In this document: positions 60,463 to 64,000 of the stretch, piece after piece
Numbering within the stretch: the stretch's first letter is position 1
Layout of the letters: the number at the start of each line of letters is the position of its first letter
Assembly (NCBI GenBank): GCA_964607485.1
Contig: CAZSKP010000004.1
Coordinates: 64,001 to 128,000, forward strand
Source: an uncultured bacterium
GTDB lineage: Bacteria; Abyssobacteria; SURF-5
Direction: 5' to 3'
DNA length: 64,000 bases
Made by a program: the position numbers and the translations under genes
The notes under the pieces: model-generated
Databases searched by the model: none
Seen by the model: the letters and a program-made list of their open reading frames with translations, nothing else
What the model was told of the DNA's origin: nothing

Positions 60463-63400
60463 AAGGACAATCTTCATTTGTCAGGGTACGGGTTGTGTGT
60501 CGGCAGGGTCGCCCGACATAGCCGCTGCAATTGAAGACGAGGCTCGAAAGCTGGCCCTCACGGATGTTGAAGTAAAACTCACCGGATGCCACGGCTTCTG
60601 CCAACGAGGGCCGATAGTCATCGTCGAGCCCGAAGGAATCTTCTATTCCGCCGTAGAGGCTAAAGACGCAACCGAGATCGTTCATTCCCACCTGAAGAAC
60701 AATAAGCCCTTAGAACGCCTGTTTTACAGACATCCCGTCACAGACGAGCCCATTCCCCACTATCGCGACATTCCGTTCTATAGTGAACAGCAACGAGTGG
60801 TCGTTCTCCGCAACTGCGGCCATATTTGCCCCGAAGTCATCGACGATTATCTGGCTGTCGGCGGTTATGACGGCCTGAAAAAAGCGCTGACCGAGATGAC
60901 CCCCGAGCAGGTCATAGAAGAGGTCAAGAAATCCGGGCTTCGCGGCAGGGGAGGTGCGGGCTTCCCGACGGGAAGGAAATGGGAGCTCTGTCATAATGCT
61001 CCAGGTTCCAAGAAATACATGGTATGCAACGCCGACGAAGGGGATCCGGGAGCATTCATGGACCGCAGCGTGCTCGAAGCTGATCCACACAGCGTCCTCG
61101 AGGGTCTCGTAATCGCCGGATATGCCATAGGGGCCGACGAGGGTTATATCTACGTGCGCACTGAGTACCCGTTGGCAGTGCATCGAATCCGCACGGCCAT
61201 ACGGCAGGCTGAAGAGAAAGGCTTCCTGGGGCGAAACATCTTTGGCTCGAAATTTCACTTTCGTGTGAATGTTATGGAGGGCGCGGGAGCCTTCGTCTGC
61301 GGCGAGGAAACGGCCCTCTTGGCTTCCATAGAGGGGAAGAGCGGAAGACCTCGACCTCGGCCTCCCTTTCCAGCCCAATCCGGTCTTTGGGGCAAACCTA
61401 CAACAATAAATAACGTGAAATCCCTTGCCAGCATCCCGGTGATTATCTCAAAAGGCCCGGATTGGTATGCCGCCATCGGGACCGAAAAATGCAAAGGGAC
61501 CGCCGTATTCGCCCTTACCGGCAATATCGCAAATTGTGGTCTTGTGGAAGTGCCGATGGGGACCTCGCTTCGTAAGATTATTTATGACATCGGCGGTGGA
61601 ATTCCCGGCGGCAGGGCATTTAAAGCCGTCCAGACCGGAGGCCCTTCAGGAGGCTGTCTGCCGTCGAGCTTCCTGGATCATCCCGTTGACTACGAGTCCC
61701 TTGCCAGCGCGGGCTCAATCATGGGTTCCGGCGGCATGGTCGTTATGGACGAGAACACATGTATCGTGGATATCGCTCGATACTTCGTTGACTTCACGCA
61801 AAGGGAATCCTGCGGCAAATGCATGCCGTGCCGCCTTGGCACAAAACAGATGTTGGAAATCCTTGAGGACATAACACGAGGCAAGGGAAGGCCCGGAGAT
61901 ATCGACCTGCTCGTTGACATAGGCGAAGCGGTCAAATCGGGTTCGCTTTGCGGTTTGGGGCAGACTGCCCCGAATCCGGTGCTCAGCACGATTCGGTATT
62001 TCAGGGAAGAATACGAAGCCCATGTTAAGTACAAGAGATGTTCGGCAGCCGCGTGCAAGGAGATAATATCTTCCCCTTGCCAACATGCCTGTCCGATAAG
62101 CACGCAGGCAGCGACCTATATTTCCATGATTGCTGAAAGCCGCTTCGACGAGGCGATGGACATAATTTGGATGGACAATCCACTCCCGTCGGTCTGCGGC
62201 AGGGTATGTCATCATCCATGCGAGTTGAAATGCCAAGCGGGCAAATGGGGCGACCCCATCTCGATCAGGGCGCTCAAGAGATTTGTTACCGATTATGCAA
62301 TCAGCAATGGAACCTACTCCGTCGAAGAAAGAACACCGACGAAAACCGAAAAGGTGGCGATTGTCGGTGCCGGGCCGGCAGGTTTGGCGGCGGGTCACTC
62401 CCTCGCCCAGAAGGGATATAATGTTACTGTGTTCGAAGCCCTCCCGGTCGCCGGTGGCGCCGCAGCCGTGTACATACCGGAATACAGATTGCCGAAAGAC
62501 ATCCTCAATCTTGACATCGAGAATATCAAGAAGACAGGCGTGGAAATAAGAACAAATACCAGAGTGGGAAAAGATATATCCTTCGACCAGCTTCGGGATG
62601 ATTATAATGCAGTGTTTATCGCTGCGGGAGCACACGAGTCACGAAAGTTGGGCGTTCCAAACGAAGACGCCGATGGCGTATTGGATGCCATGGAATTCCT
62701 GAAAGCCGTGAATCTCAAGAAGGGCGTCAAAGTAGGAAAACGGGTCGGCGTCATTGGTGGAGGCAACGCCGCGGTTGATGCCGCCAGGGTGGCGATGCGG
62801 CTCGAAGGGTGTGAGAAGGTTCACCTGATCTACAGGAGAACGCGGAACGAGATGCCCGCGTTCAAGGAGGAGGTGGACGCGGCGATTGACGAGGGCATTG
62901 ACATCGTCTATCTCGCCGCTCCCTCCAAGATCGTGACACAGCAAGGGCGAATCACAGGAATCGAATGCATAAGGATGGAGCTGGGACCGCGTGACGAAAG
63001 CGGCAGGAGAAGACCTGTTCCTATCAAGGGATCGGAATTCGTCGTCGAGCTGGACACACTCCTCGTTGCGATCGGTGAAGTGCCCGATGTCTCATTTCTT
63101 GGTGAGATGTGCGGCGTCGAAGTGTCAAAGAGAAACACGATCGCGGTAAATCGCGAAACACTCGCGACTAATGTAGAAGGGGTCTTCGCGGGAGGCGACA
63201 TCGTGACCGGTCCGAATACGCTCATAGAGGCTGTCGCAGCCGGCAAGAGGGCGGCGGAATCCATCGACAGATACATTCGTGGCGAGAGCCTGGTGGGGGA
63301 ATACAACGTCACACGACCTTCAACGTACTTGCCTCCGGTCGAACTGACGGAGGAAGAGATTGCAGAGGCTGAAAGAGCGGCCACTCCGCATCTCTCTATC

Positions 63401-63550
63401 GAACGCAGACAAAGGAGTTTTGATGAGGTCGAACTCACACTCTCCGAAAAGGCGGCAATAAAAGAGGCAAGGCGCTGCCTCAGGTGCGATTTGGAGACTG
63501 AAGACGCCAAGGAATGGCTTGAACAAGCTGCGTCGATGAAGGGTGCTTAA
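60449..63550 (+). CDS. NuoF-like NADH/FMN subunit fused to a GltD-like FAD oxidoreductase domain
   Basis: CQGTGC..GCHGFC, GRGGAGFPTG, NADEGDPG, GEET, ESCGKC.PC; then PCQHACP, CGRVC, GAGPAG, GGGNAA, EARRCLRC. Confidence 0.92.
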   Translation: MKNNKRTIFICQGTGCVSAGSPDIAAAIEDEARKLALTDVEVKLTGCHGFCQRGPIVIVEPEGIFYSAVEAKDATEIVHSHLKNNKPLERLFYRHPVTDEPIPHYRDIPFYSEQQRVVVLRNCGHICPEVIDDYLAVGGYDGLKKALTEMTPEQVIEEVKKSGLRGRGGAGFPTGRKWELCHNAPGSKKYMVCNADEGDPGAFMDRSVLEADPHSVLEGLVIAGYAIGADEGYIYVRTEYPLAVHRIRTAIRQAEEKGFLGRNIFGSKFHFRVNVMEGAGAFVCGEETALLASIEGKSGRPRPRPPFPAQSGLWGKPTTINNVKSLASIPVIISKGPDWYAAIGTEKCKGTAVFALTGNIANCGLVEVPMGTSLRKIIYDIGGGIPGGRAFKAVQTGGPSGGCLPSSFLDHPVDYESLASAGSIMGSGGMVVMDENTCIVDIARYFVDFTQRESCGKCMPCRLGTKQMLEILEDITRGKGRPGDIDLLVDIGEAVKSGSLCGLGQTAPNPVLSTIRYFREEYEAHVKYKRCSAAACKEIISSPCQHACPISTQAATYISMIAESRFDEAMDIIWMDNPLPSVCGRVCHHPCELKCQAGKWGDPISIRALKRFVTDYAISNGTYSVEERTPTKTEKVAIVGAGPAGLAAGHSLAQKGYNVTVFEALPVAGGAAAVYIPEYRLPKDILNLDIENIKKTGVEIRTNTRVGKDISFDQLRDDYNAVFIAAGAHESRKLGVPNEDADGVLDAMEFLKAVNLKKGVKVGKRVGVIGGGNAAVDAARVAMRLEGCEKVHLIYRRTRNEMPAFKEEVDAAIDEGIDIVYLAAPSKIVTQQGRITGIECIRMELGPRDESGRRRPVPIKGSEFVVELDTLLVAIGEVPDVSFLGEMCGVEVSKRNTIAVNRETLATNVEGVFAGGDIVTGPNTLIEAVAAGKRAAESIDRYIRGESLVGEYNVTRPSTYLPPVELTEEEIAEAERAATPHLSIERRQRSFDEVELTLSEKAAIKEARRCLRCDLETEDAKEWLEQAASMKGA

Positions 63551-63665
63551 ATGAGGAAAACCTCCTGTCATTTTTGGATGATCTGGAGATAATTAAGGCC
63601 GCCATTTCTGGGGCCGGTATTTCGTTCAATGCTGCGCATCTTCCATGACTTAAGGAGAAAGAAGC

Positions 63666-64000
63666 GTGAAAAAGGTTACGCTCACAATTGACGGACGCAA
63701 AATTGCAGTGCCTGCGGGGTCCACCGTGCTGGATGCGATCCGGGCGGCGGGTCTCTATGTGCCCACCCTTTGCCACGATTCTGAACTGAAACCATACGGA
63801 GCATGCCGTTTGTGCATCGTTCAGATAGAAGGCTTGCGAGGGCTGCCTACATCTTGCACCACCCCTGCCACAGAAGGCATGGTCGTGCACACGGAAAGCG
63901 AGCAGATTCGCAACGTTCGCAGAACCGTTGTGGAATTGGCAATCGCGAATCATCCGTACGATTGTCTCCTCTGCAGCCAGAACCAGGAATGCGAGCTCCT
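63666..64000 (+). CDS. N-terminus of a NuoG/FdhA/HydA-type Fe-S alpha subunit (truncated by window edge)
   Basis: GTG start; KKVTLTIDG..VPTLCH..YGACRLCIV..TSC..NHPYDCLLC..C. Confidence 0.88.
   Translation, partial: MKKVTLTIDGRKIAVPAGSTVLDAIRAAGLYVPTLCHDSELKPYGACRLCIVQIEGLRGLPTSCTTPATEGMVVHTESEQIRNVRRTVVELAIANHPYDCLLCSQNQECEL

Overview
64-kb bacterial window, probably from an anaerobic heterotroph: acyl-CoA ligases and dehydrogenases, URO-D-family and corrinoid proteins, a selenoprotein, and a NuoE/NuoF-GltD/alpha-subunit oxidoreductase. No rRNA, tRNA or CRISPR was recognised. Most of the window is a patchwork of short, unrelated gene modules around one intact comM/YifB gene (45514-47049). 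The strongest signal is a degenerate non-coding repeat of about 75-150 bp with at least 10 copies and an invariant 52-nt internal spacing in the 8 complete ones. It separates 1-3.4 kb gene modules like a cassette array and points toward comM from both sides. Three stray comM pieces accompany it: a promoter plus 5' end, an inverted internally deleted 3' piece, and a 48-bp 3' tip. No integrase or complete transposase is in the window. This suggests a comM-anchored serial gene-capture hotspot (inference). Also notable are an unannotated UGA-readthrough GrdB/PrdB-like selenoprotein with a SECIS-like hairpin and a U-P-L-D motif, and a 1273-aa cyclase-STAND-hydrolase-TPR-BTAD fusion downstream of twin unknown paralogs. 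All product calls come from motif recognition by eye; no database searches were run.
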